Part shown: positions 38,160 through 64,000 of the stretch, piece after piece
Layout: each line of letters opens with the position of its first letter
How positions within the stretch are numbered: the first letter of the stretch is position 1
Source: Tubiluchus corallicola
Taxonomy: Eukaryota; Animalia; Priapulida
Reading direction: 5' to 3'
Length of the DNA: 64,000 nucleotides
Assembly: GCA_030141605.1 (NCBI GenBank)
Contig: JAQGDQ010000004.1
Location: forward strand, 1-64,000
Notes under the pieces: model-generated
Told to the model about the DNA's origin: nothing
The model's input: only the letters and a program-made list of their open reading frames with translations
Databases searched by the model: none
Made by a program: the position numbers and the translations under genes

Positions 38160-41100
38160 TATTACGTAGCTCTACTATTTGATAATGTGGCCTTACAATA
38201 GCAGAGCATTGCTGATATATTTGTTTTGTATATTGCAAAATTAAATGGTGTGATTTTATGTATGTTGTTTAAAATGTCATTTCTATAGTTGGAGTAAAAG
38301 TATTCAGTTTACTAGGTGTTATTAAAGCATTTCGTATGACATGTTGGTAATTACATATTTTGATATACTATTGCATGCACTTTTTGCAATTGTTATACAC
38401 AGAACACTTAATTTTTCTAAATATTGTTGCTACAACATTATCAGTAATGCATTTTTATGGTTTGCATATCATATAAATTTTAAATGCAAATTTTTCTTTA
38501 GTTTAAACATCTCTCTAAATTCCCCGAGATTGGTCTGTTATAGTACGAGATTTGTGCCTAATAAATTGCCTTTGCAAGAGTTATGCGACAAGGCTATTAA
38601 AATTTAGATAATATACTCATGGTATTATTGCATACAGATAATGCTTATATTAATAGTGTATAAGGTACACAGTTTTGCAGACTAAAGGAAGATTGTATTG
38701 CAAATAATTTCTTGCACGTATCACAAAACAGTTATCTCTCTTTAAAAATGTAAGTAAATTGCTAGTCAACAGCCACATTGTCAGTTGATTAGTATGCCTT
38801 TCATTTAATTGTTGTTTAATTCAGTACAGAGTAAATCTTCATGAGATTGAGTACAGAAATGTACGGCAGATATGTACGGCCTGATTCTATTTGAAATTTA
38901 ATACACTTGACAGGAATTATGCAATAATCTTTTTTTGATTAGTTAGCAGCTCTATTTTTATATAAAGACTTTGTAGTGAAGTAAACGTCTGGAGTTGCAC
39001 AAAATTTATAGATCTGTTTTCATGATGATATTAGTAACAAATACTGTGAACTAAAGATAACTTATCTGTTTATTTATTTTTTATTTATTCTGTTACATTT
39101 GTGTAACATCTAAATCTAGTCTGTGTAATTATTGCACAAGGCAGCCAATGTTTTGTTTTTGAATTGTTGGTGTAAAAAGTGAAATTTATTTGCATAGTTT
39201 ATAGAGAGGAAAAGTTTATTTGTTTACAGTGAAAATATTTCAACAGAGTAGTCAAAAAGTAGAGTAAAGATTCTTGTTAAATTTAAGTGCGAGTTTATTC
39301 ACGTGGAACCGGTTTTGCTGTACTTCTTTATTTGGCTTTTTTGTGCAATGGGAATTTTGAAAAGAACTCCTAAAAGTTAGATTTGAGTTATTGATTGTGT
39401 GTACTGTGACAATGAAATTTGTATTTCTACAATAAAACTTTAATCGCCCACTGAGACTTATTAGCAGCTTTTGATTTCCAAGAAAAGTTAAGGTTGAAAA
39501 AAATCATGTATGTATGTTTGGGTCCAACTCTTGCTGGTCCCATAAGAAGTGCTTATACTAAAACTAAACTAGTGTTTCTAAAGACTGACTAAAATATTTA
39601 TTTTCTGAATTTAAGATGCTTTCAAGCTAACGCATCACGGTTAAAATTTACACATTGAGCAAATCTTACTACGTACAGGTACTGTATAGTTGACTACACT
39701 GTAAAAAGTAGATTACATTTAAAACATTGACACATGGTTTTCATATAATCATACAGTAAACAGTTGAAATAACGTAAACTACATACATTTTAAAAATGAA
39801 GAGACGCTGAAAAAAGGAGTTCATAAAATTCACTTGCAATTTTTCGTATATGAAAATAGTGTGTGAGCAAAGATTAATAATCTAAAGAATAATTTATAAG
39901 AAATTTGTAATAAGAACAGTTGAAGTACCCATAAATTATGGATTTTAGCTAGTAATAGACACACTATGTTCCTGCATAACATGACACATCTGAATGTGGT
40001 CTTGTTACATTTGTTTAGTGAACTGGCTTCCGATTTTCTCCATTTCTATTTTCTCAGCTCTGGTATTAGAGGAGACGACTATCACAATGATATTGCTAAA
40101 AAGGTTATCATGTAGTATAAAACTTTTATTTATCCTTGAGTGGAATATTGCTGCCATGTACAGGCAATGTGCTCTGGATTCACCCAGTTGGTTAGGTAAA
40201 AAGATTAATCTTTAATCTAGCTAGCCTTAGCTGAGTACGGAAACTGAGCCTTAATTTCTTGTGCTTCACTGAGTTTTTCTATAAAGACTTTCGTGGTAGG
40301 CGTTTCTCCGAGCTTAAGCCCTATTTTCAATGTTAAAAGAAAATGCTCAACTTTTGCTATGTCTTCTCATTTTGCGATGTGTAGTACATTCCTAAACATA
40401 GAACAGTCCAGTATTATGGCAGTTTCTTCCCTGGAACATCAGCTTTTTGAAGCTTTCTGTCAGTTGTTAGTTTTTCCTTTAACATCTCCCAATTTAAGAA
40501 AATTAACCAACTGATACCTATTTGTCACCAATTTAAATTAAACGTTGTTTCTTTCTTATTTTTGTGTCAATGTCACCCTTCCTGTAGCTCTTGCCAAAAT
40601 GACTTCTTCCAGAGGGCAAGACCCATAAAAAGTTAAATATCTACACCAGAAAATGTTGCTTATTGCTCATTTGTGTTATGGGGTATAGTAATTTATATAC
40701 AACATTCAGTTATTACTTATTAACTTACATGGAAAATGAGATTCTGTAGTGAGTAACATTAATAGGTATGTACATAACTTGTTAGATACTCGAACAATTC
40801 ACTATGCTATTCGTATAGTGCCACATTGTTGACTACAGCTGAAAATTTAAAAGTAATTAGTTTGCTGGACATTTGAAAGTACTGAAAGTTTAAAACACAG
40901 CGAACTTCTATAGGTTGTTTAGATATTCGTTAAAAAAATATAAAAGACAGTTTATAAAATCATTAATAATCATTTACAATGTAAACTGTTAAAGCAACTT
41001 ACTCGTTTTCCTCCGACTTGTTTCACCCAAGCTTGGCTTTTTAAAGTTTATTTTTTACAGTTTGCTAAGTTAATTGTTTCATTCAAGATAGCTGAAGTAC

Positions 41101-41246
41101 AGTGTTGACTGTCGAGTTGGCCAAAGTTGATCCAACTCCTCTATTATTCTGTCATGTTAAGTTAAAACTTAAAAGTATCAGTAAGGTTACCATTAAAGTG
41201 ATTGTTACACTCAAAAGTTAGAGGGAATAAAATGTTATGTATTCAG

Positions 41247-41843
41247 CAGTGGCGGCTCGTGTATAGGCTCTCTGGAACTACAGCACCCCCTATTTTCATT
41301 CGATATTATTGATAATATTCAATATAACGAGTCTTTTTTCTTTAATTCTTTCTTTATACGTGTGCAGAACCAGAGCACGTGACAGAACTGTGTGCTTTAC
41401 AGCTCCAGCACTGTGTGCTCACAACTCCAGCAACGTGGTGTTTGGCCGTATGCAAAAGCGTACATGTCTGAGATAAGACACTGCACTCTAGGCATAGAGA
41501 GCACTGTTGCTCATGCAGTGTTTGTTATCAGCACAGATTTAGATGCATCTGCAGAGAAAGACTGCAAGACTCGCACAAAAAGTGACGTAATATACGCAAG
41601 CTCTTCTTCTAAATCTGGGGCTGTCAGTTGTCATGTACTTAACTGTGTACCGGCATATTCTGTGTGCCATGATAAAGTGTATTAGATTTTGACTAAAATA
41701 TGAAAAATACTTTTTTATTTAGGATTTTATAAATTTTATGCATAAATATTCGTATGTTTGTTTAGTTTTACGTGCTATTAAAAGAATAGCTAAAATTTTT
41801 CTGAAGCAACACACCCACTAATTTTAGCTACGAGCCGCCACTG
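41247..41843. mobile_element. hAT-type MITE
   Basis: Perfect 14-bp TIR CAGTGGCGGCTCGT/ACGAGCCGCCACTG. 8-bp TSD GTATTCAG/GTGTTCAG (7/8 match). Lies ~90 bp downstream of the Ly6-1 stop codon. Confidence 0.85.
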
Positions 41844-41934
41844 GTGTTCAGCTAGCTTAAGTTGAACTGTCTTATAAAATAGGTGGTTTTCGTCATTCAG
41901 ATGTTCAGGTGTTAACAGTGATCTCCAATTTCTT

Positions 41935-44900
41935 CTACCATCTCCGAAACAGGAACATTGCTAACATAATTGCTATCACTGTTGTCATCCAACTGTAGAT
42001 TAAGGCTGGTCCACTGTTACACAGTTCCGAGAAGCATTGGCAGCTGTAGGTGTACGTGTCACCTTGCCTCTGTTCTTCACACCTGTCCTTCCGAGATTCA
42101 TTTGGAGTGTATGTGCTGGCACCACAGTCTCTTATAATAACCTGGTAACCTGTAATATTTGTTCATGTAAAAATAAATATACAAATAATCATGATAAAAA
42201 ATAATTAGGAGACCTGGCAAATGGCAATATGCCGCAAAACGGATTACCTCTGTAAAGGTTGAAGTTTTATCGTTCTAGATTTAGATAAATGTTAAGTAAC
42301 ATATTTTTGCAAAGTTTCACATATACATGCAACTTTCATCTGGCGTCATTCTACAGACATTTCAGTATGGGTTCTTCCAAATCACTGCTGTCTGGGAGCA
42401 TAATTATCAGGAAAGAGGACTGTGTTCAAACTAAAGTACAAACCATATTGTTCAATCTTCATCTTTGTACAAGGCCCATTGCATTGAATCATGAGATTTG
42501 AGTCTCTCTCAGTAAGCATCGAGTAATCTCCACATGCTGGCGTAGACGGCGATTGAGTTATTACCCTGTCTGGAACACAGCATGAAAATCATGATAATTA
42601 GCTGCTCATAGAAAACACTAAATAAAATTGTTAACCTCGTCCACATGAAAAAGATAAGAGGTTAATTTAGAAAACATTCCATTCTTTTATGTATTTCTAT
42701 GTGACTGTATCTGCAATAAAAGGTGGCAACTCTGATAAAATTTAATACGTTTAAATTAAACAAACAAAACGTTTCTTGGTGTGTAATTCAATTGTAAACA
42801 ACTGTAAGTCAAAATCTTCAACAATAAGCCTTTTCACGGCTCCAGCAATTGATGATGATCGTGAAAAAGTCATTGACGCAAATCCCAGAACAGACGATGA
42901 TAGGAGGTTTGTAAAAATGAAATACATCAATAATAGTAGAGTGAAACATCTTAATCGTGTCTTTAGGAACAACTTCGTGCATCCTGTGTTTGTGAGTACC
43001 TGTAACTTGTATGCAGTACTGCGTGAAAGAGAATGGCACCGCCATTCTCATTTATAAATTTATAATTTTTCCTGCCATGGATGTGGCAGTTGTTACACAG
43101 GGGAAGCCACTCGCCAACCCAGGTGCCGCAGTGCTGAGCACAAGAGCATGTCCAGCCAATTGTCAAGGGCGCTTTCCACTGGGTGTGCTTTGCTAATCAC
43201 ACTTGAAAATTTCGAGGTGATTGATACCGCATACACACAGTATGAAACTCTTGATCAAAGTGACGTTTTACATCTGGCAACAGCATTCAGACCTAAACAG
43301 CAGGACGGAGGACAGCATTCAGTTCAGGTATAGGTGAGGGAGGGGGTCCCAAATTTGTTTTGCTCCAGTATATAAAAATTCTCTCGGTGGGCCTGTGGCC
43401 AATAACTGGATAAGTGACCATGTGTGGAAAAATGCTTTTAGGCGGCTTTACTTTGCATTCTCATTCTGGGAGTGTGAATGCTTTATATAAACTATGTATA
43501 TAAAAGTAGGCACTAGGCAATGCAGTTTAGGGCTGGATTCCACTTTCTAATATATATTTTCAACTAAACAGGCAAAAAACTTACTAGGAAATATTTGTCT
43601 GAATCTATCGGCACTGAATGAGGATTGATAGGGATTGTTGGAAAATTGGCAAACAAAGCATCGATTTGTAGCTTCACCTGAAAAAAACGAAACTGAAATA
43701 TTAGAGTCCTTAGAAAACATTTACAATGTTCCAGGAGTGCAGCCAGGTTCTAAAGTTATGGAGAGCAAGCACATAAAAAAGGTGACATGACACATACCGA
43801 ACAATTTTCAACGCATTGATTATACATTGCAATTTTGTTTTTAAAATCAAAACATGCGGAAGATATAGTTTTAAAGGAAGTACAAAATTGTTATACTGTA
43901 TTTAAAATTTAAACAATAAAAAAAATAGTGTTTAGCTCATAAATCTCAAAAAATAGTAAAAACATGATATATTATTTAATTATTTTAATTTTAAACACAG
44001 GAACTACAACTGTTGAAATTTTACAATTAAAAAAATTGTTGAAAAGACACCAATTTTGAAAAATGTGCTAGGAGGAGTTGTTGCTCCCCTACTGGCTATG
44101 TCACTGCAAGGTTTCTGGTATTTTCCCTGTAACAGTTCTCCAAGGTTCCCTATGACATGTAGTACATGCTGTCCTGGATTCAATCATCTTAATTTGCAAA
44201 TGTTAACAAGAAAGGTTAAGAAGATTTATGATGGTTTAACTAGTGTAATCTTGTTGGGCGGGATCACGATGTCTGATGTTTTTTTTATACTTTATCAATG
44301 AGCCTTCAAATTTCCGATTTATTATTTCTCAAAAAATTTGATCCGATATGCAGACTTGGCTTTTTTTGCATTCCTACATTTTCATTTAAGTCCTTTGCCA
44401 TTTTTAAAACTAGAGTAATTGACGGTACCTGATATATAAGGAGTAGGTTTTTTATTTGAGTATTTGAGATTATCAAATCCACATGTACGTTAGTGCTTTC
44501 TATTTTCAAAGTTTTTTCAGTTGTAGTTAAATTTTCAATCATAACCATTTCAATACTGTATGTTGCAATAATACCACAACTTCATTTCACCAGAGGTTGT
44601 GTTATTGACAGCAGACATGAATGTAGTAAGCTCAGTTATTGCAAAATAAGCTCTCATATAGTTACTGCATTATCACCAATCTCATCACCATGGTTGTAGC
44701 AAAATACATGATGACAGATATAAGAACTTGCAAATAGCCGGTAACCCTAGTACAGCAAGTGGAACAAAAACAGATGCAAGAGATTGCTACAAGAAAAAGA
44801 CAAATGGAGAACAATAGGAATGGATAGGCCTGTATAGTTACTATAATTAAAAAGTAACCTAATTAAAATTATGCTGAACAGTGTAAAATGATTCTATCTC

Positions 44901-45172
44901 GGTCAAATGATTATTTCGGATGATTATACAGGTGAAAATGTTAAGTTGCACCATTTGTTTGGCTGCAGCGTAGGTTGTGTCAATATGGCGTCTATTATAT
45001 AACCCGTGTGAAGTATTTAAAAGCCAACGCTAGAGCATTTTTAAGGTCAGCCTATCTACGACGCATCTCAGGGCGGGGTCTTCCAATAGAGTAAATCAAT
45101 CATAAACTTACCAGCTCTTAACATCAAAGAGATGACAAAGATAAACAGAATTTCAAGCCTGGAGATGTCCAT
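41935..45172 (-). CDS. Ly6/uPAR three-finger, Quiver/Sleepless-like GPI-anchored protein 1 (164 aa, 4 exons)
   Basis: Exons 45172-45112 (signal MDISRLEILFIFVISLMLRA), 43677-43585 (GEATNRCFVC..), 42569-42444 (..PACGD..IQCNGPCTKMK..) and 42149-41935 (..IIRDCG..DRC..YSCQCFSELCNSG + hydrophobic tail). All introns are phase 1. Ten cysteines, a terminal CN motif and a GPI-type tail. Confidence 0.88.
43732..44106. mobile_element. Degenerate hAT-type MITE in intron 1 of Ly6-1
   Basis: Imperfect TIRs CAGGAGTGCAGCCAG and CTGGCTATGTCACTG. Flanks CAATGTTC and CAAGGTTT (6/8 match) are consistent with an old 8-bp TSD. Confidence 0.5.
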
Positions 45173-45817
45173 CTTCAAGTCTCTTGTATGTAGTAAACGC
45201 TTGCTAATTATACTGCGTAGTTAAATGAATGCTAGTTGTGTAATGCTCAAATTCTTGTAACACCATAAACTTGACTGCAGTCACTGCGCAGTGATTGTCG
45301 TAACTGACGCAAATACAATAAATTTGTCTACTGGAGAGTGACGGGTAATGGCGGACAGCGAGCCGAGCGCGCTGAGATGAAATCGAACAGGTAACTCAGG
45401 TATGGTCAGGCGCGCGCAGGTGTGGTACTCACTTATAGGGGTTGCGTATCATTCAAAGAAAAGTATCGCGTTTATTAGGCTTATAAGCGTTGACGAAGAT
45501 AATTCAAGATAATATAGCTTCTTAAACACAATTTAACGATTGAAATATTGTGTTAATGAATCTACTTTCCGCGATCATTATTGCAGCTACCTGGTGTAAA
45601 GAACTTACAAGCAGGCACTATAAACGTATAATTAGAGTTAAATCGGATCACGAGAATTTCAGAATACTTGTTATTAAGTGTCTTGAAACAATTTTTGAAA
45701 CGTCCGGGAAGCTCATAAAAAGGCTTTTTAACGACGAACTGGACTAATCCTATCTGTCACTTCAAGCCTCAGATATTTCAAAGGTATCGTGATTAAAAAG
45801 AGAGTTACAGTATATCG

Positions 45818-45839
45818 GAGGGAGGGAGAGGGAGAGGGA

Positions 45840-45923
<84 letters not shown>

Positions 45924-45960
45924 CAGAGACAGAGACAGAGACAGAGACAGAGACAGAGAC

Positions 45961-46015
<55 letters not shown>
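45818..46015. repeat. Compound microsatellite (GGGAGA)n-(GA)n-(GAGACA)n-(GA)n
   Basis: Directly visible in the sequence. Confidence 0.97.
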
Positions 46016-46018
<3 letters not shown>

Positions 46019-46441
46019 TTTGTGAAGTCATCTCAACCATTTTGTGTCTGCTTGGGCTTGTTCCGTTCGAGATAGCTGGAATCTCCTTTTTGTACGAAGA
46101 GTCCAACTTTTTAGTTGCTCCCATGTAATAATCGTAATATAACTTACATGTATATCGTTGTAATTTTAAAGGTATCAGGTTAAATTAAAAATTCCTTAAA
46201 AATTGAACTTCCAATTGGTCCCCTTAAATTTTATGGTTTAAGAAAAGGCATTTTATAGTTACAGTAACAGGCACGATGCAGGAAAAAAGAGCTACCTCGG
46301 ACAAAACTAACAGCGGCGTATAGGAAACATTTTACCCTAATTGAAGTACTGGAATTTTCTGCGTAAATGTATCAACAAATGCATAATAGCTTAGTTTGCA
46401 AGGAGATATACCTGCTTCCGTTGGCCCGACTTTCCGTGCGT
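46012..46441 (+). repeat. Repeat copy 1, inverted relative to 62294-63135
   Basis: Near-identical reverse complement of 62294-62535 plus 62930-63135. Each copy abuts a GA/CT microsatellite. Confidence 0.92.
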
Positions 46442-46594
46442 TCATTCGTTCCTTCATAGATATAAATAAATATGCAAAAAAAGTAAGTTTGTCTGATAGC
46501 TTCTTGTTCAGGAGTCAATAATTTAAAGCCCCGTCACTGAGACTGCCTTCGTTTTAAAGCGTGAGAGCCAATTCTGACAGAGAGAAAGAGATGT

Positions 46595-47470
46595 GATTTT
46601 GATATTTTATTTCAATTTCACAAAGTTCATATACACATCACAAATTAATACAAATAATACAATAAATTATGGCTCACAATAATAACACAAATAACAATTA
46701 ACGATGCTAATGAACTACGCCAATGACGTCTAATTACAGAAGTAAAGTTTACATCACTGTTTTGCAATGTTCTTGCAAATAAAATTTTTACTCTTATTCA
46801 GCCTGACGTATAAACTGTATGCACATTTTCAGTGAATCACATCAAAATAAGTAAGATTAAGTCTAGTAGAAATATATCTGGCGCTCGTATCATATGAAAA
46901 ATTAAACGGCTTCCGTGCTGATACATTATACGCAACCTTGAGTTTCCTAAAATTGTAAGGATAAAAATGTCTCCCACTTGGATATACAGTAAAAGTTGTG
47001 CAGTAAGCACTAAACAATTGTCTCTTCACGTTAACTGAACAGTGAGCAAATTTCATGAGCAATTTATTGGCTCTGCTCGTAAATTGAATATTGTTGTAAT
47101 ATATCTAAATCACCTCTCTTGTCTTCCGACAAATATGTGACCCAGATATTTTTCTTTCTTACCGATACAAGGCTTTTATACTGCAAAACAACAGATTCAC
47201 GAGTAAAACTGCTGCATATGGGCAGAGCAAAACGTGACAAGTTTAGTCCCATTCACATTTACAAGGTCATTATATTCGTCTAGCTGTCTTTGCAAAGCTG
47301 TCGAGGTTGTTGCTAAAAGACATGTCACGAGCGTACATCAAGTAGTTAATGCAGACTTCAGCAATGTGACAACCCACACCTGAGCTAGTAAGCTCAGCAC
47401 TAAGATTTTTAAAATAAAAGTCGAATAACACTGGAGACAATTTTCCACCTTGACGAATTCCGTTACCTAA
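46595..47470 (-). mobile_element. Decayed LINE ORF2 3' portion (RT C-terminal half + 3' UTR)
   Basis: Minus strand reads SGVGCHIAEVCINYLMYA(DD-like)..ALQRQLD, KYLGH and RANKLLMKFAHCSVNVKRQLFSAYCTTF. The 3' region is shared with 5666-5872. Confidence 0.8.
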
Positions 47471-47545
47471 TGAAAACCATCAGAGTTCAATTTACCCCAT
47501 CTAACCAACATGCGTTTTTCCGTGTAATAAAAAAGCAAAAGTCGC

Positions 47546-47576
<31 letters not shown>

Positions 47577-47953
47577 TTATGTGAACACCTAGCTTTATTA
47601 GCAAAAATGATTCATAAAAACTGATTTATTTATAAAAATGCCTTTGATTAAATCACTGACATAATGTCCTTATCGTTGCGGTCTGTTAGAACCAAATGCT
47701 TAGTCAGCGCTCAAAAGATAATTACACATAATTAAACTTAATTATGATAAACGCCTATTCATTATTCATCTGATAATTTTTTGAAAAGCTTTAGGCTGCT
47801 GGAAGGAAGTTTTTCGCTGTTTCTAAAAGGCTTACAATTATTGATCTTGCTGTCATTCATTGCGTTCATTACAATGTCAAAGAAATACATCTAAAGAGCA
47901 CCTAAATTGGATTCAACCGAAAAGTGTCCTCAAATTAACAAAAACTTTTATTG

Positions 47954-47954
47954 G

Positions 47955-48025
<71 letters not shown>

Positions 48026-48035
48026 CTATTACGAT
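47954..48035. repeat. (ATT)n/(ATCATT)n microsatellite
   Basis: Directly visible in the sequence. Confidence 0.95.
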
Positions 48036-49514
48036 TATTCTTACTACATTAAAATTATAGCGCGCAAACATCTTAATGGAAATTTTTGTTAAGTACACAT
48101 GACATCGCCTGATTCAAGATTTTTTTATCATTTCTTGACACGTTTCCTGACGCAATTTAAATGGCTTCTGTGAATTTAAAAAATCTATTATACTGACGAG
48201 AAAGCAAACTGTAGTAATACCCGTTTTATATATTTTAGTACGTTTACTCAACTTTGTTGCAGAATATCAAGATTATGTTTAGGACAAAAATAACTGGTTT
48301 GGATAATAAGTATAAGTCATTAGTAAATAGAGTTGGTCTTACATTATTATTAATAGTTGTTGTATACACATACTGTAAGTATGACAAACATGTACATATT
48401 GGCCTATATAACGTCATTATGTAATCTTTTTTATGAATTTCGTGTTTCCAATGGACCATGTTCTAAGAATCAGAATTGACAAGTAAAAATGCAGTAAAAA
48501 CGAAAGTAAATGCAATTTTCTGAATGAAACAGAATCGAAAAGAGCAGTTGTGTTGACTTTTTTCCCTAATTTTAAACATTAGAAACCTCACTCTTACCAC
48601 GGGCAGGAAGGAGTGCGATTTTTAAAATTTGTGAACACCCTAATCAGTACAGTGTGGCCTAAATTCAACTCGCATTTTAATTATAGTTCATCACTTCATG
48701 CGGCTTCAGCGACTGCATGACAAGTGAAAACATGAAACCAGATTCAAAATTCAGAGTTTTACAATGAAGGAGTTGCTGCATGTACCAAAATTTATTAGTT
48801 TTTCTACATAACCGCATTCATCAGTAAAATGACTAAAATCCAAATTGTCGGCAATCTTGCAAATAGCTTGAGTAACTTCCCATTACAATGGTGTCGTCAT
48901 TTTTCTAGGTAATGTTTAATGATGAAGAATGTAGATTCAATATGGATTTGCATTATTTACTATGGAAAACATCTGGATTTTCTCATTCTCAGCATTATCA
49001 GCGTTATACAAACACATTAAGCAAGCTTGTATCATTATCAGCTTTGTTCAGCTTTCTAATAAACAACTTGTTAATGAGTTGTTAGGATGAATAAAAATAG
49101 CACTGACCGCACTCAGTCAGTCCCATCACAATTCACCACTCACCAGTACTGCGTTCACACTGAAGTCGTTTGCATGCATATGTATCCGTGTAGTCTTACT
49201 TTGGGCGTTTTCAGAGAACGATGTGTTTATATTAACCATAACTAATCAATTTAAACCGCTTCAGCATAAACGCGGAAAATGTCAATTTAGTTCGTTGGAT
49301 TCTGTCGATTCGGTACAAGAGCTGCATAAGAGCGTCAGAATAGTTCATACAAGTACTGTAGGTCTACTTTTCCAAATTCCACAGTGTAGCTGTAGATCTG
49401 ACAAACAGTTTACGTAATACATGCAGCTGTATTTTGAAGCAGCACTTTAATAAAAACAAGTCACCTTTACACAAACACGTGTTGGTATGATAATAAAACT
49501 CCTGCTGTCTTTCT

Positions 49515-61548
<12,034 letters not shown>

Positions 61549-62293
61549 TGCTGATTAGGCATATTCAAGGAACTAATCGCCTTCTGTTGGCGGATTCTCT
61601 TCAGTTGCGTGTGTAAGAGGACAGAAAGGCGATGAAGCCCATAATTAACTTCAGTTTATTGGCATAATACAATCGTAATATGCATGGTATGCAATAATGT
61701 GGCGGTGTTTTATGTAGATGATGGTCTAGCTTGATTAGTATGTCAGCATACCTAGCACATAATAGTTACAAACAGACTCGAATATTCAAATAAACCTGCA
61801 GGGTTTTCTGAGTTGAGCGAAACCTTATTACTGAACGAACTGCGTTCGTAGGAAGACAGTAATCCCTCTGGGAGGTTGAAGCAATTGAAAAATACAGACC
61901 GACAATGGCGCATAGAACTTAGTGATGAACTCGCAAATGGAAAACGAAATTGTGGATATCTTGAGGGAACAAAGTATAGATAAAATTATGATAATTACAA
62001 TTCGAGCCTTAAAAGGATGTAAACATTAATTTGAAAATGAAGTTTTGCTTGTAAAAATAAAATATCGCGGTCTGTGGGCTTGAATTGTAGTGTCTCTGGT
62101 AAATTTTCGTAGCGACGTAAAATTACATTATTTTATTAAATCTGATTTGATTATTAATTTAAATGGTCCATCTGGAAAAAATGTATTGCGCAATTTCGTA
62201 TTTTTCTAAGCACGTGTAAGCCTAATAATTTCACTGGCAATTGTAAGCAAATGTTGGCTCCTCTTCTGGGGTTAGTTTGGTGAAATTTCACTG

Positions 62294-63210
62294 ACGCACG
62301 GAAAGTCGGACCAACGGAAGCAGGTATATCTCCTTGTAAACTAAGCTATTATGCATTTGTTGATACATTTACGCAGAAAATTCCAGTACTTCAATTAGGG
62401 TAAAATGTTTCCTATACGCCGCTGTTAGTTTTGTCCGAGGTAGCTCTTTGCCAGCACGATTCTCTTTTTTCCTGCATCGTGCCTGTTACTGTAACTATAA
62501 AATGCCTTTTCTTAAGCCATAAAATTTAAGGGGACTAAAAGGAACTACAAAGCCATTAAGAACTTAATCCCGTTTCACTTTCTTTTAAGAACAGCAGCTG
62601 CCGTAACAGCTCTTACTTTATAGTGTCAAAATCATGTGTTGTAGGTAATCATAAATCATCGTTAGAAACAGATTTCAACTGTGGTTCATAGCCCTTTAGA
62701 AGGTAGTGTGATCCATTGAATTATCCGTCCGAGAAAACGCTGCTGGTAAGTAAGTTGCCAAGAAAGTTACAGAACTGTAGGCTCTCAGTGTATGATCTGT
62801 TTCAAATTAGATATGGCAATGGCAGACTCACAAATATTTATTACAGCGAATAGTTTTTCATTGTCGAAGGAGTATCAGTAGATGCCTAGCAGACATCATT
62901 TCTGCCTTTGTTTGTGAGGACAGTTTGCTAAATGGAAGTTCAATTTTTAAGGAATTTTTAATTTCACCTGATACCTTTAAAATTACAACGATATACATGA
63001 AAGTTATATTACGATTATTACATGGGAACAACTAAAAAGTTGGATTCTTCGTACAAAAGGAGATTCCAGCTATCTCGAACGGAACAAGCCCAAGCAGAAA
63101 CGAAATGGGTGAGATGACTTCAATAAACTTTCTCTCTCTCTCTCTCTCACGCACATACATACACACACGCACGCACGCACGCACTCTCTCTCTCTCTCTC
63201 TCTCTTTCTC
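62294..63210 (-). repeat. Repeat copy 2 (inverted copy of 46012-46441) with ~393 bp of extra sequence and a (CT)n/(CA)n tail
   Basis: Reverse-complement match to 46012-46441. The extra segment is bounded by CTAAAAGGAA (62535) and CTAAATGGAA (62928). Confidence 0.92.
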
Positions 63211-64000
63211 TGCCGCTCCTCACTTTCTCAGTTTCTCTCTGTTATTTTCTTCCATCCTTTTTCTCTGTGCCTGTCCCTCAGTTTCTCTCTGTTAGTTTCT
63301 TCCATCCTTTTTCTTCCCATCTCTCTTTTTCTCAGTCTCTTACTGTATCAAATGACTCCATTCAGAATTTCACTTATAATATTATTTATTTTTTTTAAAA
63401 TTGGGGTGACCAGAAAAGGTGACCGAAAAACGTCATTTCGATCGTTTTTTAAGTTATTAAGTATAGAGAACGAGACACTAACAGTCGTAGTCGTGTAATA
63501 AATTTACGTGGTAATTTATCCTTTTTCCAATTTATTTGGTCATAGGGGCAAATTGTGCGAATTATAGTTTTAGCGATTCTGTTTTAATCAATGTAGACTT
63601 GGTGTCACCTCAAATTACATATTCGAATCTTAATTACAAGAAAAGACTACAAACCAGATTCGTTTGTTTTAACAGCTTGTTACAACAGTCGTAACAACAA
63701 GCAAACGACAGTCTGCTTTAGGAATAATTGGATCACAAAAGTTTTGTAAAAGGAAGCTTTGTTCACATCAGCGTTGCTCACGAAATACATCGACACTTTT
63801 TGCACTTGATTCGCCCCTCGGAATCGAAACTATCGTCATTAAATTCAGGTATGTCATGAGACTAATTGCAGGCTTTTAATAGAAGAAACTGTAATTTCGA
63901 TTTCAATTGCTTAAGGGAAAAATGCGCAGTTGGAAAACTGATGCTTAAATGCCAAACTTTATCTGAAACTAATTAGCTGTCTTCACATTTTTATTGGCAC

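Noticed and set aside
39994-40514. Short ORFs between TMEM163 and Ly6-1
   Set aside because: No motifs or consistent splice sites. Probably 3' UTR or intergenic sequence.
45762-46124. Poly-SL / poly-ER ORFs (also 52576-52934 and 63032-63398)
   Set aside because: Translations of GA/CT microsatellites.

Overview
AT-rich, intron-containing animal (invertebrate-like) genomic DNA, not prokaryotic. Manual splicing gives five protein-coding genes. Two are tandem minus-strand NAT16/histidine N-acetyltransferase-like GNAT paralogs (2126-4620 and 12491-17956) with identical 4-exon structure, plus a third, 'spare' first exon between them (8856-8893). One is an 8-exon plus-strand TMEM163 (ZnT/CDF-like zinc transporter) ortholog (27890-36236). 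Two are tandem minus-strand Ly6/three-finger, Quiver/Sleepless-like GPI-anchored genes (41935-45172 and 49515-~61548); the second is bracketed by a near-identical inverted repeat. The rest is decayed LINEs (one reduced to Gag knuckles plus RNase H, one internally duplicated), non-autonomous DNA transposons (Academ-like, Sola2-like foldback, Tigger/pogo, hAT MITEs) and microsatellites. Most ORFs in the supplied track are repeat artefacts or single exons. Family assignments come from recalled motifs, not from database searches.
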